A stretch of 64,000 nt of DNA, taken from the sequence record DRR378314_195; one strand, written 5' to 3'. The translations under genes were made by a program, and so were the position numbers. This document shows positions 8,904 to 19,100 of this stretch, piece after piece. The notes under the pieces were generated by a model. It was not told the origin of the DNA. It ran no database searches and saw nothing but the letters and a program-made list of their open reading frames with translations. The first letter of the stretch is position 1. Each line of letters begins with the position of its first letter.

Positions 8904-9696
8904 AGATACACTGTTCCGCCACCTTTGGGACAACTACTGCGAGGTGACACCCTCGGCACAGGATATCCACCGGTTGCTGGACGACACCCAGGGCGGCGAC
9001 ATCGTGAATGATCACATTGCCCTGCGCACCTTTAACCTTGAGAAGGTAAACCTGGACAAACTGGCCGCGCACTTCCTCGCGCTGGGCTATCAAGAAGGCG
9101 GCGACTATCACTTCGACGCCAAGAAACTGTACGCGAAACACTACGAGCATCCCGACCCTACCGCCCCCAAGGTGTTCATTTCCGAATTGCTGGTCGATCA
9201 GTGTTCCCAGTCATTGCAAGCCATTGTGGAAGATCTGGTCAGCCAGATGGACCCGGCGGCAGTGACCAGGGACGACTTCCTCTACTCCGGTCGTCACTGG
9301 GACGTAGACCACGTCACTTATCGGACCCTGCTCGAGGAAAGTGAGTACGCCGCCTGGGTAGCCGCCTGGGGTTACAGAGCCAACCATTTCACGGTCAGCA
9401 TTAACCACCTCAGCCGGTTCAAAACCGTCGCGGAGATTAACCAGACCCTTAAGGACAACGGTTACCGTGTGAACAGTTCCGGGGGCGAGGTCAAGGGCTC
9501 ACCGGAAGACCTGCTGGAGCAGTCGTCCACGATGGCGGACCGCGCCGAGGTTCGGTTTTCGGATCAGACGGTGGCCATACCGAGCTGTTTCTACGAATTC
9601 GCACGCCGCTATGCCCGGCCCGACGGAGAGCTGTACCGTGGCTTTGTCGCCGCCTCGGCAGACAAGATATTCGAGAGTACGGACAGCCGGGCCTGA
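8890..9696 (+). CDS. DUF1338 / HglS-like Fe(II) dioxygenase-decarboxylase
   Basis: NDHIALRT, ESEYAAW, ANHFTVS, LLEQSST, FYEFARR, ADKIFEST; overlaps the astA stop. Confidence 0.88.
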   Translation: MHTDRDTLFRHLWDNYCEVTPSAQDIHRLLDDTQGGDIVNDHIALRTFNLEKVNLDKLAAHFLALGYQEGGDYHFDAKKLYAKHYEHPDPTAPKVFISELLVDQCSQSLQAIVEDLVSQMDPAAVTRDDFLYSGRHWDVDHVTYRTLLEESEYAAWVAAWGYRANHFTVSINHLSRFKTVAEINQTLKDNGYRVNSSGGEVKGSPEDLLEQSSTMADRAEVRFSDQTVAIPSCFYEFARRYARPDGELYRGFVAASADKIFESTDSRA

Positions 9697-9708
9697 CGGA
9701 AGGCGTCA

Positions 9709-10581
9709 TCAGGTCGTTACCAGTTCCTCGCAGATCACCTTCAGGCAGGCGGGCCTGCAACGTGCACGAAGCGGTGTATGGCCAGCGATGTCACCGTCCA
9801 TGGTTACCGTTCGGCGGGAACGAGTGGTAATCGACACCGTCGGGCTTTTGAGCTGAACCACGGTACTGGTTCGTTTCGGCGAGTTATGGCTCAACCGCAC
9901 CGTCAGGAAGGTGAGCAGGAGCTGAAATAGCGAGCGCGGCCTCACGGCCACGACATCCAGCTGACCATCCCCCGCCGATGCCTGGGGGATTTCGTTGCCA
10001 CCACCGAAAAAGGCCCCGGAGGAAACCGCAATGGTCAGCCAACGCCCGGTCACGGTGCCTTTTTCCGTTTCGATAAGGCCATGGAACCCCCGATACACTC
10101 TCAGTTTTTGCAGCAACGCTACGCCATAGCTGAAGCGACCGAGAAGTCGTTTGGCGTCTGCCGACGACTCCCGAACCGGCAACGTACCGAGCCCAACATG
10201 GGCGACATTCAGGAACAGTCCGTCTTCAGTGGTTGCAACATCTACCATACGGGTCCGACCTGCGGAAACCAGATTGCAGATCTGCTGGGGGTCATCGGGC
10301 AACCCCAGGTTGCGGGCAAAATCATTGGCGGTCCCAGACGGCAGAACCGCAAGGGTCGCTCCGGTATCGAGACAGAAACCGGCTGCCGCGTTTACCGAGC
10401 CGTCACCTCCGGCGGCAAGGATGAAATCCCTGGGGCCGACCTCGCCGGTCCAACTCTGGTCGTCGAGGCTGCAATCCCTGACATCGTCAATGCCGGCGCT
10501 CTCCAGGTAATCCCGCCAGAACGCTGCGCCACGACTGTCCTTATCCCCGGCCTTGGGGTTGGCCATCAACCAGTAAACCAT
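9709..10581 (-). CDS. Diacylglycerol/lipid kinase family (YegS/BmrU-like)
   Basis: NPKAG, AGGDGSV, PSGTANDFAR, MDGD. Confidence 0.92.
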   Translation of the reverse strand: MVYWLMANPKAGDKDSRGAAFWRDYLESAGIDDVRDCSLDDQSWTGEVGPRDFILAAGGDGSVNAAAGFCLDTGATLAVLPSGTANDFARNLGLPDDPQQICNLVSAGRTRMVDVATTEDGLFLNVAHVGLGTLPVRESSADAKRLLGRFSYGVALLQKLRVYRGFHGLIETEKGTVTGRWLTIAVSSGAFFGGGNEIPQASAGDGQLDVVAVRPRSLFQLLLTFLTVRLSHNSPKRTSTVVQLKSPTVSITTRSRRTVTMDGDIAGHTPLRARCRPACLKVICEELVTT

Positions 10582-10716
10582 TGCATACCCGCGCTTCCTG
10601 AGTCAGTTTTGGATTTTCGACGTACTAAGGTATAAGCCATGGTAACGGAACTTGCCATCATCATGGTCAAGGTTTAATAGCGCTGTAACGCCTCCACCGA
10701 TGAGTAAGGGAGACCG

Positions 10717-11502
10717 ATGCTGGAAGATGTCAACGTTGTCTGGCTGGGGTCGACTGCCAGCCTGCTGGCAGGCCTTGGGACCGGTGTCGGTGCCCTGGGT
10801 GTGTTCCTGGTCAGAAAACTCACACCACAACTGCAGGACGGGATGCTTAGCGCCGCTGCAGGGGTCATGCTGGCAGCCTCGTTCTTTTCGTTACTACTTC
10901 CGGGCATCGAATACGGCGAGGAGCTGACCGGCGCTACCTGGAGCGCCGCATTGATGGTTATCGCGGGCCTTTTGATGGGCGCGGGCCTGCTTTTCAGCAT
11001 CCATCAGCGTCTGCCCCACGAACACTTCACCCTGGGCCGGGAAGGCCCCGACAGCGCACGTATTCGCCGGATATGGCTATTCATCATCGCCATTGCCCTG
11101 CACAATTTCCCCGAAGGCATGGCCGTTGGGGTGGGGTTTGCCGGTGGTGACATCGGTAATGGTATTGCCCTGGCGGTGGGTATCGGGCTTCAGAACATTC
11201 CCGAAGGTCTCGCTGTGGCCGTCTCCCTGCTGGCCATTGAGCATTCACGCCTGAAATCCTTCGTAATTGCCGTGCTGACTGGATTGCTGGAACCCATCGG
11301 CGGTCTTTTCGGCAGCACCATGGTGTGGCTCGCAGAACCCGTCATGCCGTGGACTCTGGGCTTTGCGGCGGGCGCCATGCTATTCATTATCAGTGATGAA
11401 ATCATCCCCGAGACCCATCGTGGCCGTTTCAAGACCCTGGCCACTTTCTCACTGCTGGGCGGCTTCGTCGTTATGATGTTCCTTGACGCCACACTGGGTT
11501 AA
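10717..11502 (+). CDS. ZIP family divalent metal transporter (ZupT/GufA-like)
   Basis: LHNFPEGMAVGV, QNIPEG, PHEH, EIIPETH; multiple TM helices. Confidence 0.93.
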   Translation: MLEDVNVVWLGSTASLLAGLGTGVGALGVFLVRKLTPQLQDGMLSAAAGVMLAASFFSLLLPGIEYGEELTGATWSAALMVIAGLLMGAGLLFSIHQRLPHEHFTLGREGPDSARIRRIWLFIIAIALHNFPEGMAVGVGFAGGDIGNGIALAVGIGLQNIPEGLAVAVSLLAIEHSRLKSFVIAVLTGLLEPIGGLFGSTMVWLAEPVMPWTLGFAAGAMLFIISDEIIPETHRGRFKTLATFSLLGGFVVMMFLDATLG

Positions 11503-12287
11503 CCGGGAAACAGCACCCTTGCCATACCGATGCTGCTGACGATCAACAGCACGACGCCCAACGTCCGGAAGAAGATCGGCGTTTCCGCCTTCAGCATACG
11601 ATCGTGAACGTAGAGCCCGATCACGTGTCCGATGGCAGCACAAGGCAGGAGCCACAAGTGATGGATCAGCTGCAGGTCGATACCGACCCAGATAAAGGCC
11701 GCCATCTTGATCAACACCAGAATGAACCAGAGCGCGAACAGGGTGTCCCGCAAACGCTCTTTCGGCAGGTGCTGAGCTACAACAGCGATGATCAGGGGTG
11801 CACCAATCAGGGACGTGCCGCTGATATAGCCCCCCACCATCAGGAAGACCGCATCCACAGCCCGACTACCGCTGCGAAAGGGGCGATCGAGGATGTAAGA
11901 GATCGAGTACAGTGACACGATGACGAAGATGATGGTGCTCATGATGTCTGACGGCAACGTGATCAAGCCGAACACGCCGATCAGCTTGGGTACGATCATG
12001 ATCGCCAGAATGCGCCAGAGATAACGCCAGTCGACTGTCCCCACAACCGCGACGCCGTGATCGTCTTCACTGGAGGTCTTGCGATTGTTCATCCAGATGG
12101 TCAGAGAGGAAAACACCAGCAGGTGCACCGCAATGATCGGCAGGAACACCAGTGGCTCATCGAGCACCAGCAGCAGGAAAGGTAGAGACAGCACGGCTCC
12201 GCCAAATCCCAGCCCGGAACGGACAAACCCACTCCAGATAAAAATCAGGCCAATCAGGACATACTGGTATAACGCCAAATCAGACAT
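11499..12287 (-). CDS. Sulfite exporter TauE/SafE family permease
   Basis: GFVRSGLGFGG motif; about 8 TM helices. Confidence 0.85.
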   Translation of the reverse strand: MSDLALYQYVLIGLIFIWSGFVRSGLGFGGAVLSLPFLLLVLDEPLVFLPIIAVHLLVFSSLTIWMNNRKTSSEDDHGVAVVGTVDWRYLWRILAIMIVPKLIGVFGLITLPSDIMSTIIFVIVSLYSISYILDRPFRSGSRAVDAVFLMVGGYISGTSLIGAPLIIAVVAQHLPKERLRDTLFALWFILVLIKMAAFIWVGIDLQLIHHLWLLPCAAIGHVIGLYVHDRMLKAETPIFFRTLGVVLLIVSSIGMARVLFPG

Positions 12288-12522
12288 AGAAGTGTCGGGG
12301 TTCCGGGAGCCAGGTTCGCAAAAACAAAGGTGTAAGAGCATACCTGTCAGGCGGCCATTACTTCCAGTAACAAACAGGCTACTTTTTTACAACGGAAGAA
12401 ATCACAGAAAGCGCCTAGTTTTTAATCAATGCTTCCGGTAAAGCCTCCGGACAGACTTTCCGACAAGAACAACAGCCAGGCAGGAGGTGCACCCTTCTGT
12501 CCGTGGTAAATGGAGAATAGCC

Positions 12523-13188
12523 ATGTCAGCAGCAGTTGATCATCTGGACGAACGGCTCCAGGACGACGGAGAACTACTCGAGGACATCATGCCCTCAGCC
12601 ATCACCCTGGCCATGATGCTGCGCCACCGAACCATGGCCGCGTGGATGCGAACCGAGTTTGACGGCTACGGCGACACCTCGGAACTTCCCCCCTACCGGC
12701 GCGACGTTCCCGGCCATATCGTGGCACGCTCCCCTCAGTACGGCTGGATTCCGGCTCCTGTTGATGACAAGCAAAAGCAGGACTATGGCCACCGGGACAT
12801 GCTCGAGGGGGTCAAGTCCCTTGAGAAAACCTGCCTGTCCTGCAAGAAGGGCACTGGCCACCGCATCGTTTTCGACAAAGAAGAAATGGCCAGCCTCCAG
12901 GCCCATATCAACCTGACCGCCGAGTTGGCCATCACCATCAGCAGAGACAGCTACAACAAGCTGCTACGCGTTGTTCGCTGCGCTCTGTATCTCTGGGAAC
13001 AGGAGCTCACGGAGCACGGACTCAGCGGGGAACACAATTCCTACACCGCGCAGGAGCGGGAAAAAGTCGCCCACCTGGATGACCCCGAGCGATTCTGGCG
13101 CAAAGCGCTCGAGGACAACGCCGACCTACCCATTCCCGACGTGCGGGAAACTGGGTTCTTCGAACGTTTCTTCGGGCGTACCGGCTGA
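12523..13188 (+). CDS. AbiTii-domain-like protein
   Basis: W-x3-E-x2-GY...LPPYRR...G...SPQYGWIP pattern recalled from AbiTii domains; GGAG SD. Confidence 0.6.
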   Translation: MSAAVDHLDERLQDDGELLEDIMPSAITLAMMLRHRTMAAWMRTEFDGYGDTSELPPYRRDVPGHIVARSPQYGWIPAPVDDKQKQDYGHRDMLEGVKSLEKTCLSCKKGTGHRIVFDKEEMASLQAHINLTAELAITISRDSYNKLLRVVRCALYLWEQELTEHGLSGEHNSYTAQEREKVAHLDDPERFWRKALEDNADLPIPDVRETGFFERFFGRTG

Positions 13189-13201
13189 CGCGCTCTCGCG
13201 T

Positions 13202-14269
13202 TTAGCGGTCCGTCAGTTTGATTTCGATACGGCGGTTCTGTCGCAATGCCTCGGCAGAGCCGCCCGGGGCGACCGGGAAGAACTCTCCGAAACCGGCAGC
13301 CACCATGCGGTTCTGAGGAACACCTTCAGAGGCGAGATAGCGTACGACGGCGACAGCCCTCGCGGTGGAAAGCTCCCAGTTCGAGGGAAACGCTTCGGTA
13401 TTGATGGGAATCCGGTCGGTGTGGCCGTCGATTCGAAGAATCCAATCGATATCGTCGGGAATCGCGGCCACCACGTCCAGCAGCACGTCCGCCAGCTTGT
13501 CCAGCTCCTGCTGGCCCTCTTGCCCAAGACTGGCGGAACCTGACGCGAACAGCAGCTCTGACGGTAACAGGAAGCGATCGCCGACAATACGGATGTTCTC
13601 GTTCTCCTGCAGAATATCCCGCAACCTGCCAAAGAATTCAGACTGATACCGCTCCAGTTCGTTGACCCGCTCCGCGAGCAGCGTGTTCAGACGTTTCCCC
13701 ACCTCTTCAAGTTCGGCTTCCTTCTCGGCGGTGAGGTTTTCCTGCAAACGCAACGCAGCGGTGATGCGACCGAGCTGATCCTGCAGTGCCGAAATCTGGT
13801 TGGAGAGCTGCAGGATAATGGCCCGCTGGGAGGCCGTCAGTTGTTCTTCATCCTCCAGTCTCGACCTGGCGGTGGCGACCGCTTTGTCCAGATCCTCAAC
13901 CCGCAGGGCCTGGGCCTCGGCGTTGTATTGCTGTTCCAACCGCCGGGACTTCTCTTCCTCCAGTTCCTCACGAAGCGTTTCGTTCAATGCAAGGCTTTCA
14001 CTGAAGCGGTTCTGGACCGCCGCCATCTCATTTTCAAGGGCGGCGGTCTCTTCCTGCTCAAGGCCAAGCAGGCGTGAAATCTCCTGCAACCGACTGTTGA
14101 GCCGGGCCAACTCCGAATCCCGATCCGAAAGGGTTTGCGACAGGTACAACTGACTGACGACGTAGATCAGCAGCATGAAGATGATCAACATCAGCAAGGC
14201 TGACAGGGCATCAACATATCCGGGCCATACGTTGATGCTGCTGCGGGCGCGACGACGGGAACCAATCAT
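13202..14269 (-). CDS. MotB/ZorB-like protein: TM helix, long coiled coil, OmpA-like peptidoglycan-binding domain
   Basis: WPGYVDALSALL (TM Asp); DGHTD, NWELSTARA, NRRIEIKL. Confidence 0.88.
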   Translation of the reverse strand: MIGSRRRARSSINVWPGYVDALSALLMLIIFMLLIYVVSQLYLSQTLSDRDSELARLNSRLQEISRLLGLEQEETAALENEMAAVQNRFSESLALNETLREELEEEKSRRLEQQYNAEAQALRVEDLDKAVATARSRLEDEEQLTASQRAIILQLSNQISALQDQLGRITAALRLQENLTAEKEAELEEVGKRLNTLLAERVNELERYQSEFFGRLRDILQENENIRIVGDRFLLPSELLFASGSASLGQEGQQELDKLADVLLDVVAAIPDDIDWILRIDGHTDRIPINTEAFPSNWELSTARAVAVVRYLASEGVPQNRMVAAGFGEFFPVAPGGSAEALRQNRRIEIKLTDR

Positions 14270-14281
14270 GGGGCCAGCCTG

Positions 14282-15004
14282 CTAACGAGGGGCATCGTCA
14301 ACCCGGTCCACGAGATTGGTCACACCGGTCAGCCATTCCTCCAGACCGTCGTAAAACCGGTTCTGGGCGTGGCCCGCCTGAATATCCAGAAAACCCAGGA
14401 CCAATGAGCCGCCAAGCCCCAGCAGCGAAGAGCTGAACGCCGTACCCATACCTTCAAGGGGTTCCAACAAGCCAGATTGCAAGCCGGCAAACACCTTGCC
14501 GAAATCTTCCTGGCTCATGTCCAGATTGACAATGACGGCACCCACGGAATTGATGGTTCCGAGAAGGCCCCAGAAAGTGCCCAGCAACCCCAGGAAGATT
14601 AGAAGACTGATGAAATAGCGGGTGATTTCCCGTTGCTCATCCATGCGGCTGTGGATGCCATCCAGCACGGTGCGCAGCGACATGGTGGACAACGAGAAGC
14701 GATCACGCTTGGAGTCATCATCCAGCTGCCGCGCCAGGGGCTTAAGCAGACGGGGCTCCTGCAACACCGACAGCCCGGCATTTCCAGTTCGGAACTGCGC
14801 GATCCAGCGCAACTCCGGAAACAGCACAAACACCTGGCGATACGTAATGACAATGCCAATCAGGAGCACACAAACGATCAGCAGATTGAACACCCAGTTC
14901 GCCAGAAACGCTTCCTGCAACGGTTTATGAATCAGCGCACAAACCACCACAACGACCGCCAGGAACAGCGTCATCCAGAAAAGGGTATGCTTGGGATTGC
15001 TCAT
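14282..15004 (-). CDS. MotA/TolQ/ExbB proton-channel family protein
   Basis: LGLLGTFWGL and GMGTAFSSSLLG TM motifs; 12 bp upstream of the MotB-like gene. Confidence 0.85.
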   Translation of the reverse strand: MSNPKHTLFWMTLFLAVVVVVCALIHKPLQEAFLANWVFNLLIVCVLLIGIVITYRQVFVLFPELRWIAQFRTGNAGLSVLQEPRLLKPLARQLDDDSKRDRFSLSTMSLRTVLDGIHSRMDEQREITRYFISLLIFLGLLGTFWGLLGTINSVGAVIVNLDMSQEDFGKVFAGLQSGLLEPLEGMGTAFSSSLLGLGGSLVLGFLDIQAGHAQNRFYDGLEEWLTGVTNLVDRVDDAPR

Positions 15005-15109
15005 TAACGCCACCGAATTTGTCGGGAAACACGTTAAAAGCTAGCACAAGCTTGCGACTACTGCTGCCAACAACCCACCGGAATCCGTTAAGGATTTTTC
15101 ACCACCGCT

Positions 15110-15895
15110 CTATGGCGCGTAGCGTTCGGCAATACGATCCAGCGCGCCGCTATCCCTTGCGTCGTCCAGCGCCGCCTGAAGATCCTCCACAATGGCCGAA
15201 TCCGTCTCATTGCTGACGGCCAGGTACATCGGCGTCTCACGGAATACGAGAACCGGTTTCAAGCCGGTGATGTCGTGCTCCTGTTCAGCCACCAGCGGCC
15301 CGACAAGGCCATCGGTCACCCAAAGATCGGCCTGACCCAGCACCAACCTGCGGGGATTCTGCTCACCAGACACATTCATCACCAGATCAAACCCCTCGCT
15401 CACCAGGTAATCTGACATAACGTCGCCCTTGTACCCGGCAATCTTGTACTGTTTGGCATCGGCAAGGGACTGAAGCTGAATGTTGGAGTCAGGCGCAGCA
15501 AACAGGGTCCACTTGATCGACGCCAAGGGCCCAACCCATTGAAATTCGTCTTCCCGCTGTTCCGTCCTGGCCGTGCAGAACAGCGCGTGGTTCTCGCGCC
15601 CCTGAACCCACTCGTAGGCACGGCTCCAGTCCCGCATTTTCATGATGTACTCGTAGTCCACCCGTTCCATCATGGCTTTAACCATATCGGTACAGATTCC
15701 GGTGATATCCTCTTCGTTGTGGGCAAAGCCCTGCCCTGTGGTTGACGCGTTGTAGGGGGGATAATTCTCGGTAAAAATGTACAGCTTTTCGTCGGCAACG
15801 GCTGGCGACATCACCGCCATCAAGAGAAAACTTTGCAGGGCCCGCCTGACGAACATCAACGGGCCGGGCGTATCAGAGCCTGATTTGGCTGGCAT
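15110..15895 (-). CDS. Periplasmic substrate-binding protein (family 3-like), orphan
   Basis: Signal peptide; TENYPPYN, WSRA, RTEQREDEFQWVGP. Confidence 0.85.
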   Translation of the reverse strand: MPAKSGSDTPGPLMFVRRALQSFLLMAVMSPAVADEKLYIFTENYPPYNASTTGQGFAHNEEDITGICTDMVKAMMERVDYEYIMKMRDWSRAYEWVQGRENHALFCTARTEQREDEFQWVGPLASIKWTLFAAPDSNIQLQSLADAKQYKIAGYKGDVMSDYLVSEGFDLVMNVSGEQNPRRLVLGQADLWVTDGLVGPLVAEQEHDITGLKPVLVFRETPMYLAVSNETDSAIVEDLQAALDDARDSGALDRIAERYAP

Positions 15896-16037
15896 GCTTC
15901 TTTCCTCGTAGCGATGGGTTATTTGGTAGTTTAGGCTAGTAACTTTGAACAAAATTGCCAATATAATCATCATTACCGTTATTGCCCGGAATGACAGTGA
16001 CAAAACGTATCCTGCGTAACCGCTCGGTTCATTGCTA

Positions 16038-16055
16038 TGGCATCACCTGATGCCA
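16038..16055. promoter_or_regulatory. Perfect palindrome, candidate operator
   Basis: TGGCATCA-CC-TGATGCCA in a divergent intergenic region. Confidence 0.5.
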
Positions 16056-16194
16056 CCAGACTACCAAGCCTGAAGCGCCGCGAAATCAACAGATTTTCCG
16101 CTTAAACAGGTCTACCGTATTGGGCAAAAAAGTGTAAACTTTGAATGCACGTTCATGGATTGATTGGCAGTCAGCCTGCCCAGGGACCCCGTTT

Positions 16195-19100
16195 ATGACA
16201 GAAAGCCAGATCGGCGCGGCCAGCCTCCGTCAAAACGCTCTCGTGGTTGTTCGCGGCTTCACTCCCTGCGGGTGTGAACTACTGGAAACATCCCGCAACG
16301 CCGAACGTACGCAACTGACTCTTGCCAAACTGACATCACCCGCACTGATCCAACAGTTGGGTGAGTCGGACCATACTCGCGCCGAACTGTTCCTGTTCGA
16401 CGGCACTCACCCCACCCGTGTGAGTGGCGACATACAGACTGACCATGGCGACAAGGTTCGAATGACCTGTGACTCCCAGGCCGGCGATCTCATTAAACAC
16501 CTGCAGCAACAGCCACCAAAGCATCCAAGCCAGGCAGCAGCGAACCCTCCCATGCCACCGTTGCGAGAAATGTACCAACAACATACTCAGCGCCTGTTGG
16601 GTGCCTTGGTGGCAAACTTCATTGACCAGGCGTGCGACAGGATCGGGCACGATCTCGAGCAGGCAGCGGAAGTTCGCGAGATCACCCGCCTGAAGGATAT
16701 GCGCTTCATCTTCAACAGTCGCAGGGAACAGATATACCGGGACTTCACACTGCAGTTCCAGGCGTTCAACCGCGAGCTCAACCCGGGTGAGGACGACGAA
16801 AACAACAGTGGCGAACTCAAGGTCGTGGAACAGCACGTGTTTGAGGACTGGCTGGAACTCCAGATGGTCGCCTCCGAGCTCGCCAGTAAGCAGGCCAATA
16901 CGCTCTTCGTGCTCAGCCAATTGCTCAATCAGCTCTTTTTTCGCGACATCAACGACCGCAACAACCCGCTTTCACCGTTGTCGCTGTGCACCTGTCTGCA
17001 GTTCACCATTGATCGACTGGGTATTGCACGGCAGCACCGCGGCACGCTTTACCTTGCTTTCGAGACGGTGCTGGATGATTTGTGGCCCCGAGCCGTTGCG
17101 TCACTGAACCGCGATCTCCTTGAGGCAGGCCTGAGGGCGCTTGATCTAACCAGCCTGCCCTCCAACTGGTCGCTCAGGGAGTCCGATAAGCTCCGGGACA
17201 CCACCACAGAAGCGACCTCCGTCGGAGCGGAGACAGAATCCCCTGCCACCAAAGAGACCGCTGGCTCCGCTCCGGGGCGCGCTCTACTGCGACTAATGAG
17301 CCTTCAGCAAACTGAGGCCAGTGGCATACGGGAAAGCTGGCCACGCACCAATCCACAGTTTACCGCCGAACTCCGCCCGCACAGGGACGACCTGCGCAAG
17401 ATCCTCGGCAGGCCCGCCCCCAGTATGGAGGAGGCAATCCGAAACCTGGCGTCGTCCAATCCTGACCTGGACCAGTCTCTTGATGATGGGACGTGGGACA
17501 AAGTCACCCTGGTGGACCGCCTGTTTGCACCACTGGAGCACGAACCGGGATTGAACGAAGCCCTCAAGGAACAGCTCGAACAACTGAGGCTGCCTGTCTT
17601 CGAAGTACTGCTGGAGACCTCGGAATTTCTCGACCATGAGAACCATCCGGCCAGGACCATCGTCAACGACCTTATGCGTCTTTGCCTGGCGGAGCGAAGT
17701 TCAAGCCGCAACCTGGAACAGACGGTCGCCGGTATTATTGATGAACTCATCCAGGCTGAGGAACGGGATGACGCCTTTTACCGCTCCATCGGTACTCGAC
17801 TGAGGGACCTTGTAGAGCGCCAGGAACGATCGTTCCAGAGGAATTCCGAGCGCATCGCCAAGACCCTGGAAGGCAAAGAGCGATTGCGGCAGACACGGCT
17901 CGGCGTTCAACGGCGACTGACCATGATCCTCACCGGCAAGGACGTGCCCTCGGTGCTGCTCGATCTATTGAAGGCAGGTTGGGAGCAGTTGATCGTACTG
18001 GCCGTGCTGAGGGAAGGCCCTGAGAGCCAGACGGCCACGAGCTTCATCAACATCATTGAACAGATTCGGCTCTGGCTGTCGGGCGGGGAAACCAGCACGG
18101 ACCTTGCCTTTGAGCGGGAACTGGAAAGCGACGCACTGGTCCAGCTCATCGACAGGGAGTTGCGCACGGTTGGCGAAGTCTCCCCGGTCCGGGATGTCGT
18201 GGCAAGGCTGACACGCGAACTGCGCCAGCAGGAACCGATAGAGACAGTAACCCTCGACAGCTACCCTCCAGGTACCGGTCAACCGGAGGAGACCGAGGCT
18301 GCTCCGGAACTGGATGATAACCGCTGGGTCAGACGTGCCCAGGACATCGACGTGGGTGACTGGGTGGAAATCGCCCTCGATACCGGAGAAAGGCGCCGCA
18401 TGCGACTGGTTTGGGGCGGCAAGGATCTTTTTCGTTTTGTCTTCCTTTCTCCGCAGGGACTGGGTGAAGTGAGCTACCAATACCCCGAATTCATTTCGAA
18501 ACTGGCCCGCGGTGAAGCCTGGCTGGTCAAACAGGGGGACATCCCCTTCGTGGACCAGAGTCTGTTCGACATCGTTCAGGGGGTGTACAGCAAGCTCAAC
18601 TTTGAAGCCACACACGACGCCCTCACCGGCTGTCTTCATCGACACGATTTCGAAAAGCAGTTGGCCCAGGCCCTGTCTAAAATGGACAGCAGCCCCGGCA
18701 GTCACACCCTGATGGTGTTCGACATCGACGAATTCAGCGTGATCAATGCCACCTATGGCACGGGCGTCGGGGATGAACTTCTGAAACGGTTTGCCCGCCT
18801 TCTGCAGGCTCACGGAGCCGAACACCCTGGCGATCATTGCATCGGGCGCCTCGGTGGCAACGAGTTTGCCTTGATGGCCGACAACATGGCGGTAGAGGAA
18901 GGCCTGGATTTCTCTGAACGGCTGCGTGGTGCTTTTCGCAAGGCAACGCATACCGTTGACGACACCGAGTTTTCCGCCACCCTCAGTGCAAGCGTCTGCC
19001 CGTTCGACGACACCCTGCGCTCTGCTGGCGAACTGATAAACCAGGCAAACCTGGCGCTCAAATCCGCCAAGAAAAAGGGCGGGAACAGTGTCGAACTGGT

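Noticed and set aside
13202..15004. Canonical Zorya type I/II call
   Set aside because: No zorC, zorD or zorE, and the A subunit lacks the long ZorA tail; only a Zorya-like hypothesis is kept
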